From the IMG/VR virus record IMGVR_UViG_3300032272_000004: DNA of 56,676 bases, one strand, 5' to 3'. Each line of letters begins with the position of its first letter. The first letter of the stretch is position 1. The notes beneath the pieces are model-generated. The model was not told where the DNA came from. It saw nothing but the letters and a program-made list of their open reading frames with translations, and made no database searches. The translations under genes and the position numbers were made by a program. This document shows, in pieces, positions 7,009 through 16,913 of the stretch. Source of the stretch: an uncultured virus (IMG/VR IMGVR_UViG_3300032272_000004) (lineage: Duplodnaviria; Heunggongvirae; Uroviricota; Caudoviricetes).

Positions 7009-9989
7009 CCCAGAGCGTCGTAAACTATCCCCCCGGCGAGAAACCGCCCGTGCGCCAGACGGACATCGAGTCGATGCTCTCCGAGCGAGACGCTGAAGAC
7101 GCGACGTCCAGCCTGGTAGAGGAGGCGGCCGTGTCCGTGGTCGAGGGGGGGCGCGTCAAGAAACGCAAGAAGCGTCCCCGAGGTGACGGTGAGGAGACCG
7201 GACGGCAGCGGGCCGTGCGGGAAGCTCGGGAGAGCCGTCCGGATCGTCAAGAGGCTGTGGGAGCTGGGGAGGATGATCAAGAGCACGACACCGTGGGAGC
7301 GGAGGAGATGTCGACGGCTGTTGTGGGAGCGGAGGGGGACGACTCTGTGGGAGTGGAGGATCAAGAGCTCGACAATGAGTTCGACGCCGCCCCGGGCGAA
7401 TCCGATGTGACGGTTTTCGATGGGGATAACATCGTGCCGCCCGACGAGAGCGACCCGGCCCTGGTCGATGGCATCACGTTTGGAGGTGAGTTCGAGGATG
7501 GGACGGACGTGCCCCCTGGACGCCCCATCACACGTCCGCGCAATGGCGGCGAGGAGACCGTGGGAACGGAGGAGACGGCGGTAGACATCGAGGCAGTGGG
7601 AGTGGAGGGCGGAACGCAACCGGTGGAACCGGCGCCAGCGAAGCCCAAGCCGAGGGCGAAGCCCAAAGCCAAGGCCGCGCCGGCGGAAGCACCCCCCGCA
7701 CCCGATCCGACCGACTTCCCGGACACCAGCGGGCAGACCAATGTCTGCAACAATCTGATGGACATCTATCAGAAGTACCGCATCGGGGAGCTGCACTGGA
7801 TCCGAGTCGAGCGTCTGCGCCCGGCGACCGTGCAGGGCAATCCGGCCAAGGGCTTGGTGGGTGAGATTCGGTGCCGCGTGAGCGAAAACGAGTTTCGTCA
7901 CCTGGTCGGCGACGGCCAGTACACGGTGCAGGTCTACGGTCCGACGGGCCGCACCGACGCACAGGGCACCCCGAAGATCAAGGCTCTCACGAAGCTGATC
8001 GATGTGCATGTCAGCGGGGTCGGCCGCACGAATCTTTACGTCGATTTTCAGCAAGGGAAAAACATGCAAGCTTTTGGTGGATCACCCATGCGTCCTCACG
8101 CGCCCCCGCCGACGACCGGCGAGGCCTCGATCACTCGGGATATGCTGGGTACGGTCGAGAAGGAGCGCCAGCGGACCGATCGACTCACTCAAGAGCGTAT
8201 CGATTCCGAACGCCAGCGTGCCGAGTCACAAGTGGCAGTCGCGAACCAAAGCTCGAACCAGATGGTCGAGATGCTGAAGAGCGAACTCAAGGCGAGCCGT
8301 GATCAGGTCGCCGAGGTGAGTCGTCGCCTGGAGGAGGTCAAAAACCAGCCTGCAGCGCCGACTTCGGCGGACATCGCCGTGAAGACGCTCGAGACGGTGC
8401 TCACTCAGCAGAACAACGCGCCGCCGTCGGGTCCGTCGTCCTCGGAGTTGCAGCAGGTGCACAACAACTACCAGGCGCAGATCCAGCGGGACTCCGCCGC
8501 TCACCGGGACGAAATCACCCGTCTGACCGACAATCATGGTCGGCAGATGGATGAGCACCGCCGCAACGATCGCGACGGCAAGCTGGAGGCTGAGCGCCGC
8601 CACAAGGATGAGTTGGCGGAGCTGCGTTCCCGGCACAACGAGGTCGTGGACCGGATGGAGCGCAACTTCGATCAGCGCCTGAAGGATCTCGAATCCCGCC
8701 ACCAGCTCCAGCTGAGCTCGGTGGAGAAGGACTACCAGGGGCGGCTGGACAACGAGCGGTCCCGTGCGGCCAATGATTTGCAGGTCGCGCAGCAGATGGC
8801 TGACATCAAGGCCGAGAGCTTGGCGGCGCCGTTGCGTCAGCAGGTTGCGAGCCTCGAGGATCGCCTCGGCCAAGCGCGTTCCGAAACCGAGAAGACTCGG
8901 ACGGAGCTGGCCAACAAGGATCCGATCAAAGAAATCGCTCGCGTCAGGGCCACCGCCGAAGAACTCGGCATGACGCAGCAAGCCAACACCGACCCACAGA
9001 CCGCGTGGGAGCGGCTGGCGGATGGCCTCGCTACCGTGGCGGGGAACGTCCCAGCGATTGCCCAGAGTGTGTTTGGTAGCAGGGCTCAGGAGGCCCAGGC
9101 GATGGCGCATCTTGCCACGTTGCAGGCGCAGCAGCGCCAGCAGCCGCCGCAGCCGCAGCACCGGGCGTTGCCGCCGGCCCAGCAACAGATGATTGCTCAG
9201 CAGCAGGCCGCGGCTCGCCAGCAGCAGGGAACCCAGGGGCCGCCACCGGGCTTTGCTCCAGGACCCCAGCAGCAACCGGGATTGCGCTTCGGAAGTGGTA
9301 GTCCGGATGTCGCGACGCCGACGGCGCCGATTCAGCCCGCCCCCACCATGGATCAGTATGGGCGCCCCTTCCAGACCGCACCGTCGGTACCGGCGGGTCC
9401 CAAGTCAGCGGCCGACTCCGCGGAAACGGCCCCCGTGGCCCCCGCGGAGCCGCAGCCGATGCAGCCCGCTCAACAGGCAGCGCCGCAGCCGATGCAGCAG
9501 CCCGTGCCGCAGCCGATGCAGCCCGCTCAACAGGCAGCGCCGCAGCCGCCGCAAGCCGCTCAGCCTGCGAATCCAGCGTCCCAGATGGTGGTCGCCGCGG
9601 CGCAGGCTGCCCAGGAGGAAGAGATCGATCTGCAGGCTCACTGGCCGCAAATCCTTCAAGTGATCCCGCACCTGGAGGGCGCCTTTGTCGGTCAAATTCA
9701 TCCCCAGCAGTTTTTGGAGCATGCCCTCGGTCAGATGGGAGTGGACCAGGTGCTCTTCGTGGGGTCGATCGACCTCGACGACATCCTTGCGATGGTCGAG
9801 GACCAGCCCGAGTCTGTGAGTAGTCCGCTCTTGACCTCTCAGGGTCGGCAGTGGCTGGCCGAAATCTGGGTCCTGGTCGACAATCTAGCGGAACTGAAGC
9901 AGTCCGGGCAGCTCGACCAGATGATGCAGCAACAGCCGCCCGGGGCGCCTCCAGGACCGGCGCAGCTCCCCGGCGGAGGTGTCCAGTGA
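7005..9989 (+). CDS. 994-aa low-complexity/coiled-coil protein of unknown function
   Basis: Acidic N-terminus, long heptad-like E/Q/R/L centre, Q/P/A-rich segment with a tandem duplication near 9452-9551. Confidence 0.8.
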   Translation: MTQSVVNYPPGEKPPVRQTDIESMLSERDAEDATSSLVEEAAVSVVEGGRVKKRKKRPRGDGEETGRQRAVREARESRPDRQEAVGAGEDDQEHDTVGAEEMSTAVVGAEGDDSVGVEDQELDNEFDAAPGESDVTVFDGDNIVPPDESDPALVDGITFGGEFEDGTDVPPGRPITRPRNGGEETVGTEETAVDIEAVGVEGGTQPVEPAPAKPKPRAKPKAKAAPAEAPPAPDPTDFPDTSGQTNVCNNLMDIYQKYRIGELHWIRVERLRPATVQGNPAKGLVGEIRCRVSENEFRHLVGDGQYTVQVYGPTGRTDAQGTPKIKALTKLIDVHVSGVGRTNLYVDFQQGKNMQAFGGSPMRPHAPPPTTGEASITRDMLGTVEKERQRTDRLTQERIDSERQRAESQVAVANQSSNQMVEMLKSELKASRDQVAEVSRRLEEVKNQPAAPTSADIAVKTLETVLTQQNNAPPSGPSSSELQQVHNNYQAQIQRDSAAHRDEITRLTDNHGRQMDEHRRNDRDGKLEAERRHKDELAELRSRHNEVVDRMERNFDQRLKDLESRHQLQLSSVEKDYQGRLDNERSRAANDLQVAQQMADIKAESLAAPLRQQVASLEDRLGQARSETEKTRTELANKDPIKEIARVRATAEELGMTQQANTDPQTAWERLADGLATVAGNVPAIAQSVFGSRAQEAQAMAHLATLQAQQRQQPPQPQHRALPPAQQQMIAQQQAAARQQQGTQGPPPGFAPGPQQQPGLRFGSGSPDVATPTAPIQPAPTMDQYGRPFQTAPSVPAGPKSAADSAETAPVAPAEPQPMQPAQQAAPQPMQQPVPQPMQPAQQAAPQPPQAAQPANPASQMVVAAAQAAQEEEIDLQAHWPQILQVIPHLEGAFVGQIHPQQFLEHALGQMGVDQVLFVGSIDLDDILAMVEDQPESVSSPLLTSQGRQWLAEIWVLVDNLAELKQSGQLDQMMQQQPPGAPPGPAQLPGGGVQ

Positions 9990-10831
9990 TTCCCCCTATC
10001 GACCTGCTGCGCAAGCACAGTCGGGCCGAGATCGAGCAGTACTCGCGGAATGCCTCTCAGGTCGTTCCGGGGCCGTGGTCGAGTGGTCACTATCTGTGCC
10101 GGGTGCTGGGCCAGTACAAGCTCCTGGTCGATCGCCGCGACACCTCCCTCGCTCACTGTCTGATGATGGACGGTTTCTGGGAGATCTGGATCTCCATGGC
10201 CATCGCACGGTTTGTGCAGCCGGGGTGGCGCGTGGCGGACGTCGGAGCGAACTGGGGCTACTACACGGCACTGATGGCGGAAGCGGTCGGCGCCCAGGGC
10301 GTGGTGCACGCTTTCGAGCCGAATGCGGCCATCGCCAACGTACTGCGGGTCACCATCCCCATGAACGGCTGGGGTCAGGTGCAGCTCCACGAGAAGGGCG
10401 TCGGAAAGGAGCCCGGGGAGCTGGTGCTCTGGCAGCCCGACGACTACTTCGGGTCGGCCTACTTGCTTCCGAAGGGCGCAGATCCCCCTTCCTCGCAGTA
10501 CGAGATGCAGAACAAGGGGTTTGTCGAGGTGAACACCCTCGACGAGCTCGTCAAAGAGCCGCTGGACTTCGTGAAGATCGACGCCGAGGGGCTCGAGCCT
10601 GCGATCTGGGAAGGCATGAAACGCCATCGTCAGAATCCCAACCTGCGGATCGCGATGGAATTCTCGCCGGCCGCCTACGAGAATCCGCGCAAGTTTCTAC
10701 AGGATATTGTCGCCGACGGGTTTTTGCTGCGCCGGATCGACGTGACCAGCGAACTCGCGCCGGTCACCCCCGAGGAGCTGCTCGAGGTGTCGATGGAGAT
10801 GCTCTGGTTGAGTCGGAACCCGAAGGGGTAG
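9986..10831 (+). CDS. FkbM-family SAM methyltransferase
   Basis: VADVGANWGYYT, VHAFEPN, TLDE, FVKIDAEG. Confidence 0.9.
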   Translation: MIPPIDLLRKHSRAEIEQYSRNASQVVPGPWSSGHYLCRVLGQYKLLVDRRDTSLAHCLMMDGFWEIWISMAIARFVQPGWRVADVGANWGYYTALMAEAVGAQGVVHAFEPNAAIANVLRVTIPMNGWGQVQLHEKGVGKEPGELVLWQPDDYFGSAYLLPKGADPPSSQYEMQNKGFVEVNTLDELVKEPLDFVKIDAEGLEPAIWEGMKRHRQNPNLRIAMEFSPAAYENPRKFLQDIVADGFLLRRIDVTSELAPVTPEELLEVSMEMLWLSRNPKG

Positions 10832-10906
10832 TTGGGAGTTGGGAGGACCGGAGTGTGGAGGCGCCGGGTTACGTGATGTGGGAGCTGGAGGACGGACGGG
10901 AAGCGC

Positions 10907-10935
10907 TTGACGGGGTGTCGTCTCGTGGACACCTT
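10907..10935 (+). promoter_or_regulatory. promoter with GGTGYC-N8-GRCACC operator
   Basis: TTGACG-17nt-CACCTT; perfect GGTGTC-N8-GACACC 10914-10933; ATG 10942 six nt after -10. Confidence 0.7.
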
Positions 10936-10941
10936 TGACCG

Positions 10942-11166
10942 ATGGGAAAGTTCAAGCGTCGCAAGTGTCTCGAGTGCCCTCGGCACGCCCCCTATCCGAC
11001 GAACCGTTTCTGCAGCTACCGGTGTGAGAGCAGCCACTGGCAGCGCACTCCGGAGGAGGAAGTGGAGAAGATGCAGGGCGCAGCCGCGCGCCTGGTGAAA
11101 GGAGGCCATTCGACCGTGCAGTCGGCGCTTGACGCAATGCCCCCCGCCCGTCAGCATGAGGCATGA
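10942..11166 (+). CDS. small zinc-finger protein
   Basis: CLEC...RFCSYRC motif. Confidence 0.6.
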   Translation: MGKFKRRKCLECPRHAPYPTNRFCSYRCESSHWQRTPEEEVEKMQGAAARLVKGGHSTVQSALDAMPPARQHEA

Positions 11167-11411
11167 CTCTTTTCCGGGTTGACTTCCCCCACGGTAGCTG
11201 TCGCTACCTCTGGGCGGCGGATCGCGAGCACGCAGTCGAACTCCTGTCAAGCGAACACGCCGACATCGACCCGGATTGGTTGAGCGAGCCCGAGTCGGTG
11301 CAGCTCGAGTCAGCGGACCGCCCCTTCATCGACCTGGACTCAGATGGGAAACTGTCGCGGGTGGGGCTGCCCGAGCACTGGGTGCACGCGATCATCCTCG
11401 GCGGCGAGTAG
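11163..11411 (+). CDS. hypothetical protein
   Basis: ATGA-coupled 82-aa ORF. Confidence 0.55.
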   Translation: MTLFRVDFPHGSCRYLWAADREHAVELLSSEHADIDPDWLSEPESVQLESADRPFIDLDSDGKLSRVGLPEHWVHAIILGGE

Positions 11412-11448
11412 ACCTGGCTCGCAACCTGGTCTAGGTTTTGTAGTTATT

Positions 11449-12330
11449 ATGGCAAGACGAGGCCTTGGATTCATTGCTGACCCGTTTTCGCCGACCGATC
11501 CGGACGTCGATACACTGGGTCTCACCCGGTTGCCGGAAACTCGGCTTCTGATCGACTACCCGCTGCCGATCCTCGACCAGGGGGGCGCCAACAGCTGCGT
11601 GACCAACGGCGGGTTCGCAGCGATGCGTCGTCGGCTGTACATCCAACGGCACATGGCCGCTGCAGGGGTGACGGCTGATGACCTCCCGCTGGACGGAGCG
11701 CATTTTGCGGCGCTCGTCAACATGGTAGGCGACGCGACCCAGGGAACGCTGCCGGAAATCCCGGACCTCGGAGCCCGCCTCCCTCAGTATCGACTGTGCC
11801 TCGACCAGGACAAGAGCGAGGGCGACCCCGGGACCTTTTCCCGTCGCTTCTACCGCACGATTAACGACGTGGGATTCGCTCGCGAGAAGCATTTTCCCTA
11901 CGATCCGTCGAAGGTGTCGGCGCCGATGCCCACCAAGTGGTTCCGGGAAGCCTACGACCAGCGCACCCTTCGCCGCGACCCGCTCCGCTACTGGCGCCTG
12001 GCCAAGCAGGGCGAGGCCCTGGTGCGGCAGAGCAAGCTCTGCGTCGCCGCGGGCATTCCGGTCACGTTTGGCACCGACGTCTCCAACGACTTCGTCGATG
12101 GAAACTTCGACCCGAACGAGTCGCTGAATCCCCCAAATCGCGCGTCGGTCGCGGGCGGACACTTGCTGCAGATCGTCGGCTATCACCAGGACAACTTCCT
12201 GATCGAGAGCACCTATAGCGACGAGTGGGGCGCCGGCGGTCGATGTTGGTTTTCGGCGGACTACCTGGCGTGGAAGCGCTCCCGGAGCTTCTGGGCTGTC
12301 GAGCACGTCCCCGAGTTTTCGGGCGTGTGA
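11449..12330 (+). CDS. papain-like (C1) cysteine peptidase
   Basis: DQGGANSCV (Q...C), GGHLLQIVGY (H), STYSDEWGAGGRCW (degenerate NSWG..WG..G). Confidence 0.85.
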   Translation: MARRGLGFIADPFSPTDPDVDTLGLTRLPETRLLIDYPLPILDQGGANSCVTNGGFAAMRRRLYIQRHMAAAGVTADDLPLDGAHFAALVNMVGDATQGTLPEIPDLGARLPQYRLCLDQDKSEGDPGTFSRRFYRTINDVGFAREKHFPYDPSKVSAPMPTKWFREAYDQRTLRRDPLRYWRLAKQGEALVRQSKLCVAAGIPVTFGTDVSNDFVDGNFDPNESLNPPNRASVAGGHLLQIVGYHQDNFLIESTYSDEWGAGGRCWFSADYLAWKRSRSFWAVEHVPEFSGV

Positions 12331-12530
12331 TGGCTGCCCGGTGGCCGCTCGGTAATTTTGGGGGGAAGGGCAACAAAAATCAGATGAAGGTCCGTCTCGA
12401 GAAAGCCACGGTCACCGAGGATGGGATCAAGTGGGTGCTGATGGCCCGCGCTCCCAACAAGGACGAGGCCCTGGACACCGCCGAGGCCATGGGCGGGGTG
12501 GTCGACGGCAAGCACTATCGGATCCGTTGA
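12330..12530 (+). CDS. small hypothetical protein
   Basis: TGATG overlap with protease stop. Confidence 0.4.
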   Translation: MAARWPLGNFGGKGNKNQMKVRLEKATVTEDGIKWVLMARAPNKDEALDTAEAMGGVVDGKHYRIR

Positions 12531-12555
12531 CAGGGTGCCACGGTCCCGGCACCAT
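12527..12555 (+). promoter_or_regulatory. promoter with operator
   Basis: TTGACA-17nt-CACCAT; GGTGCC-N8-GGCACC 12534-12553; ATG 12563 seven nt after -10. Confidence 0.7.
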
Positions 12556-12562
12556 CCGTGCC

Positions 12563-12961
12563 ATGACCGAAGACGCACAGCCTGCCAAGTTTGATATGCC
12601 CGATACCAACCGCCACGTGGAGCGGCTCGAGACCCCCGAGTTTGTGATCGAGGTCATCACTCAGTACCCGGAGCTGCCCGCGCCCCCGAAAGCTCCGAGC
12701 ATGCCGAAGTTCGAGGGCCAAGAACTCGACCCGGCCAAGCTCATGGATGCGCTCACGAGCGCCGTCAAATCCCCGGTCGACGACCCCCTGGAGCCCGTGC
12801 GTCGCGCGCGCCTGGAGGAACTCAACAAGCCCGAGCGCTGGATCCGGCTCTATCGCCCGGGTCACGAGGCAGAGGCGATGGAGATCCGCGGCAAGTTTCC
12901 GGTGCAGACCTTGAAGCACGCCGTGGGGCTCGTCGAGGCCCACGGTCCCTACTACGTCTAG
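12563..12961 (+). CDS. hypothetical protein
   Basis: ATG directly downstream of promoter; in frame with ORF 12431..12961. Confidence 0.6.
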   Translation: MTEDAQPAKFDMPDTNRHVERLETPEFVIEVITQYPELPAPPKAPSMPKFEGQELDPAKLMDALTSAVKSPVDDPLEPVRRARLEELNKPERWIRLYRPGHEAEAMEIRGKFPVQTLKHAVGLVEAHGPYYV

Positions 12962-14115
12962 CGCAGCACCATCGGGTGGATCGCAGCCATCATTGGTGGC
13001 GGCGCCGCCGCCGGCGCCCGGGGAGCGAGCACAAACGCGACCGTGGCGCCAGCGGCGCCAACTCCCGCGGCCCAGCGCCAGTCGCCCTTTACGAGGTAAG
13101 TCAGAATGCCGAGGCCGGTGGCTGCCAGAGCAGCGGTGCCGAGCGGCGAGGCCTTCCCCTTGGTGCTCAGTGAGATATTTGAAAGCACCGCCATGTTGGG
13201 AACCGGGGGGTTGCGATGCGCCGCCGCCGCTCGCGCAAAGGGATCGCCAGTGGCTCGTTCCAGCACCCGGGTGGCATTCATCGCGGCCTTGCCCAGGTTG
13301 AGGGCCCAGGTCTCCATCCGTCGCAGCACCTGCACAGCCCAGCCTGCCCAGTTGCTCCCCGTGTAGCCGTAACTGAAGACGCTCCATGCAGGCGCCATGT
13401 ACGGGGGCCCAGGGCTCCGCGGAGCATTGCCGGGGTTGCATTGGCCAGCGATGCACTCGGAGAAGTACGGGTACGTGTAGTCCCGGTCGATCGGGACGGG
13501 TTTGATCCTCGTGTTCAGTGGGCGCCCCGAATAGGAGCACCACTCGCTGATAGGCTCTCCCTGGCAGTTGGTCGGCGCCGGCCCGCGGCCGTCCCAGGGA
13601 GGGCAGGTGTAGCGGGTTTCGCACTGTTCGCTGGTGGTCGCCCAGATCGTCGTCGCAACATCCGCCGTGAGGTCGTTCATTCCTGCCACGAGCAGCTGCG
13701 TGATGAGCTCGTAGGGCTGCGGCCGGTCGATGGAATCGGCGTAACTGTGAAGATCCTGGAGGACCCGCCACAGCATCGGCGTGAGCGCCTCGTACTGGTC
13801 CCACATGATGGCCTGCAGATTGTCCTCGGCCAGCATCTGGGCCTTCTCTTCGGCGGAGGTCCCCGAGGCTGTGATGGCCTTGCCGGCGGCCACGGTGAGC
13901 TTGGCCAACTCTTCGCCGACCACGGCGCACATGGGAGCTGCTGCCCCAGCTCCGTAGGCGGTGCAGATGGCGGCGCCAGCCACCGCGCCACCCTTCACGT
14001 AGGCGCCCTCGAAATCGAAGCTGCCATCGGCTTTGCGGGGAACCTCGTTGAGCAGTTCTCCGGAGCCCTGACCCCAGGCTGCCGCGTCGTCAGCGGTGAT
14101 TTGCGATTGCGCCAT
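12958..14115 (-). CDS. membrane-anchored protein, probable virion component
   Basis: Gly/Ala-rich N-terminal helix, Cys-rich middle, two C-terminal TM segments; TATACT seven nt before ATG. Confidence 0.7.
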   Translation of the reverse strand: MAQSQITADDAAAWGQGSGELLNEVPRKADGSFDFEGAYVKGGAVAGAAICTAYGAGAAAPMCAVVGEELAKLTVAAGKAITASGTSAEEKAQMLAEDNLQAIMWDQYEALTPMLWRVLQDLHSYADSIDRPQPYELITQLLVAGMNDLTADVATTIWATTSEQCETRYTCPPWDGRGPAPTNCQGEPISEWCSYSGRPLNTRIKPVPIDRDYTYPYFSECIAGQCNPGNAPRSPGPPYMAPAWSVFSYGYTGSNWAGWAVQVLRRMETWALNLGKAAMNATRVLERATGDPFARAAAAHRNPPVPNMAVLSNISLSTKGKASPLGTAALAATGLGILTYLVKGDWRWAAGVGAAGATVAFVLAPRAPAAAPPPMMAAIHPMVLR

Positions 14116-14171
14116 GCAGAAAAGTATAGCAGGCGGCTTGACAGAACGGATCCGTGTTATCGGTGGTCTCT

Positions 14172-14540
14172 ATGAAGGTCGACAAACCCTGGGGGCACGA
14201 GGAGATCTGGGCGCGCACCGACCGCTACGTCGGCAAGGTGCTGTTTGTCCGCGCCGGCTGTCAGCTGAGCCGTCAGTATCACGAGGTGAAGGACGAGACG
14301 ATGCGGGTCGAAAGCGGGAAAATCGAGCTGGAACTCGATGCCTATGGCGCCATCGATGCCAAGCGCCGGCGAGACCTGCTTACGCTAGGTCCTGGCGACG
14401 CGATCCACATCAGCCCCGGCACGATCCACCGCCTGCGAGCGGTCGAGGATTCCCGGGTCTACGAGGTCTCGACCCCCGAGCTCGACGATGTGGTGCGCCT
14501 GGAGGACGAATACGGGCGCAGCGGCACGAACGTGCCCTGA
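14172..14540 (+). CDS. cupin (mannose-6-phosphate isomerase type II-like)
   Basis: KPWGHEEIW, LSRQYHEVKDET, I.PGTIHRL, EVSTPELDDVVRLED. Confidence 0.88.
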   Translation: MKVDKPWGHEEIWARTDRYVGKVLFVRAGCQLSRQYHEVKDETMRVESGKIELELDAYGAIDAKRRRDLLTLGPGDAIHISPGTIHRLRAVEDSRVYEVSTPELDDVVRLEDEYGRSGTNVP

Positions 14541-14556
14541 GACAAAGCGTAATCGT

Positions 14557-14802
14557 TCACAATTTCTCAGAAATTGTCGTCGTTGCTTTGCACGAGGTGC
14601 AGACGGGTCGGATGATGGGATCTCCGGGCCGCAGGCTGCTCCCTGGCGGCAGCTCCGTCCCGTAGGTGCCCACCTCGGCCAGGTCGTGAGGCCCGGGCAG
14701 CTTGCAGTGATAGCAGGCACCGGCAGTGGTGCGCTCCAGGTCGAGGGTGACGCGGACGTTGCTGTCGCGGAGCAGCTCGATGAGCTGGTCAGTCGCAGAC
14801 AT
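14557..14802 (-). CDS. small zinc-binding protein
   Basis: CYHC and CTSC pairs. Confidence 0.5.
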   Translation of the reverse strand: MSATDQLIELLRDSNVRVTLDLERTTAGACYHCKLPGPHDLAEVGTYGTELPPGSSLRPGDPIIRPVCTSCKATTTISEKL

Positions 14803-15088
14803 CGCACTCGAGCGCCGAATCCAGGCACTGGAGCGGCCAGTCGTAGCCCGAACTCGTCGCGTTGGCGCAGACTTCCTGGCAGCTGGCCCCCGAGGGCGTC
14901 GGGCGCCCCACGTCGCAGCCGAGCTGGACCTGGTGGTCGCACGCGCTCGAGCAGCTGGGCCCCCGGGTGTCGAGGTCCTTCAGCGAGGGCGCCACCGGAT
15001 CGAGGGGGCTGCACGAAATAACAATGCTCGCCACGAGCACGCCGAGGCTACCTGGGAGGGAAAGCTTGATGGGGCGCGTGACGAGCAC
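14789..15088 (-). CDS. Cys-rich predicted lipoprotein
   Basis: Hydrophobic signal ending VISC (lipobox-like); Cys-rich mature part. Confidence 0.6.
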   Translation of the reverse strand: MLVTRPIKLSLPGSLGVLVASIVISCSPLDPVAPSLKDLDTRGPSCSSACDHQVQLGCDVGRPTPSGASCQEVCANATSSGYDWPLQCLDSALECDVCD

Positions 15089-15118
15089 AGGTGATCCTAA
15101 AGGTAAAAACGCCGAGAA

Positions 15119-15976
15119 TCAAGCGGAGGGAGTCCTCACGACGATCTTGTTTGCGCCGTGCCGCACGGCTTTCCAATCGGAATGAGCTGCCGAGACAATG
15201 CGGCCCACCACGCTGGGCTTGGCGTCTTCAATCTCGAAGGAATGGCAGGTCTCTCCACCCTCGATACGCCCGAGAATGACTTCGATGATCTGCTGAGCCT
15301 CTTGGGCGGCTGCATCGTCTGCTGCGGACTTCAGGGCGGGGGACGTGTGGGAATCGCTGGGCGTGTCGGTCTCTTTGGAGTCGGGAAACCACTTACCGGG
15401 TTGCACATTTGGCTGGAGAATATTCCTCAAGTCGAGCAGTTGCCGCTCGATCGAGTCCAAACGCTCGTCGATCGTGGGCTGACCCAACAGCTCCGCGGGG
15501 GTGGCCGGGGGCTCCACGTGTGGCAGGTCGAAGATTCCGCCGTCTCGGTCGGTCTTGAAAATGCCACCGCCGGCCTCGACCTGGGCCTCAATCACCTGGG
15601 CCGCGCTCGGGGGTTCGTGAGTGGGATTCCCCTCGGCGTCGAGGGCGCCGACAGCCTGCGCGTGCCGCGCCGCCTCCTCGGCAATCTCCAGGGCTCCTGC
15701 AGGGATACCAGCCTGATGCTCCACTGCGGGAGTGATCCGGCGCCGCTGCAGCTGCTGGGTCTTGGTGCCCAATGCCATGAGTTTGATGCCGGCAACGACC
15801 ATCCTCGGGTCATCTGCGGCCTGTAAAATCATGATTTCAGCCGCAACCCGCACGAGGAGCGAGGGGTCTCCGGGGTCGAGCTGAAGGATCAGGAGCAGCT
15901 CCTCCATCGCTCGGTTCGCATCGTCGGGGCAAACGATCTGCAGCGCAGCCCCGAGTTGTTTTGTCGCTTCATCCAT
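15119..15976 (-). CDS. hypothetical protein
   Basis: ATG 15976 (MDEATKQ) just downstream of minus-strand promoter. Confidence 0.65.
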   Translation of the reverse strand: MDEATKQLGAALQIVCPDDANRAMEELLLILQLDPGDPSLLVRVAAEIMILQAADDPRMVVAGIKLMALGTKTQQLQRRRITPAVEHQAGIPAGALEIAEEAARHAQAVGALDAEGNPTHEPPSAAQVIEAQVEAGGGIFKTDRDGGIFDLPHVEPPATPAELLGQPTIDERLDSIERQLLDLRNILQPNVQPGKWFPDSKETDTPSDSHTSPALKSAADDAAAQEAQQIIEVILGRIEGGETCHSFEIEDAKPSVVGRIVSAAHSDWKAVRHGANKIVVRTPSA

Positions 15977-15983
15977 CCGATGA

Positions 15984-16012
15984 CGGGTGCACACTTGTCG
16001 ACACCGTGTCAA
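15984..16012 (-). promoter_or_regulatory. promoter with operator (divergent region)
   Basis: Minus strand TTGACA-17nt-CACCCG with GGTGTC-N8-TGCACC; plus strand TAGGCT at 16030-16035 six nt before ATG 16042. Confidence 0.65.
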
Positions 16013-16041
16013 GAGGCCCATCCGTGTTGTAGGCTTGCGGT

Positions 16042-16479
16042 ATGGAGATCTCCTCGGAACTCTGGACCAACGTCTTGGGTGCCGCTGGCACCGTCTTGGC
16101 CGCTGTGCTGGTGACCCTGGCCGGCCAGGGCCGCGCCTGGCTCGCCTCGAACGTGCACGAGCCGCGTCTGCGAGCTGCAGCTCTGGATCTGACCTCGGCT
16201 GTCGAGACGGTCGTCAGCCTCGAAGGCAGCCAGTTGCGCTCGCGCATGAGGGAGGCGGGCGCCGACGGAAAGATCACCCGAGCGGAGCTGGAGACTATCG
16301 CCTCCGATACCGCGAAATCGGCCCGGCGCAAGCTGACGAAGGAGACGAAGGACTTCGTGGGCCGCCAACTCGAAGGCGACGACGGGCTCGACGAGCTGCT
16401 CGCCGACAAGATTCTCGCGGGGCTGATGCGCCGCGTCGACATCGCCGATCTGGCGTCGCCCGAGGAGCCTGCCAAATGA
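16042..16479 (+). CDS. holin-like membrane protein (single N-terminal TM)
   Basis: N-terminal TM then soluble helical domain with DGKIT..E motif, resembling LL-H-type holins. Confidence 0.5.
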   Translation: MEISSELWTNVLGAAGTVLAAVLVTLAGQGRAWLASNVHEPRLRAAALDLTSAVETVVSLEGSQLRSRMREAGADGKITRAELETIASDTAKSARRKLTKETKDFVGRQLEGDDGLDELLADKILAGLMRRVDIADLASPEEPAK

Positions 16480-16910
16480 TGCCCCCCCAAGCCGCCGCCG
16501 GCACCCCTGATGGTCTCGGCTACATCCCCCAGCAGCCCACCACGATGACCTACGCGAGCGGGGGACGGCCCTACATCCCGCAACAGGATGTGTTTTCCTA
16601 CGACCCTCTCGCCGGTCAGCTCCCCATCGAGCCGACCGACACGAGCAGTGGAGCTGCGGTGCAGTCCGCCGGCGTCGCTGCCGTGCTGGCCGCAGCCGGC
16701 ATCACCGGGGGCTTGCTCGTCGGCGGTCCCTGGGGCGCTGGTAGCGGGCTGATGTTTGCGGGGGCCGTGGCCAACGGCTACCGCGCTCAAAAATGGATGT
16801 CCGACGCTGACCCCGGCCGTCGTCACGAGGCGATCGTCAGTGCGACTTTCTCCGTCTTCCAGGTGGGCTTCGGTGCCTACCTGGCCTACCGCAGCAGCAA
16901 AGCCAAGTAA
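16476..16910 (+). CDS. multi-TM virion membrane protein
   Basis: Three hydrophobic segments; PPQAAAG and GLG motifs shared with other structural ORFs. Confidence 0.65.
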   Translation: MMPPQAAAGTPDGLGYIPQQPTTMTYASGGRPYIPQQDVFSYDPLAGQLPIEPTDTSSGAAVQSAGVAAVLAAAGITGGLLVGGPWGAGSGLMFAGAVANGYRAQKWMSDADPGRRHEAIVSATFSVFQVGFGAYLAYRSSKAK

Positions 16911-16913
16911 GTA

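Noticed and set aside
11449..11481. RRGLG at the protease N-terminus as a member of the G-x-G virion motif
   Set aside because: Resembles the ordinary R..G..PD N-terminal motif of bacterial C1 peptidases, so not counted
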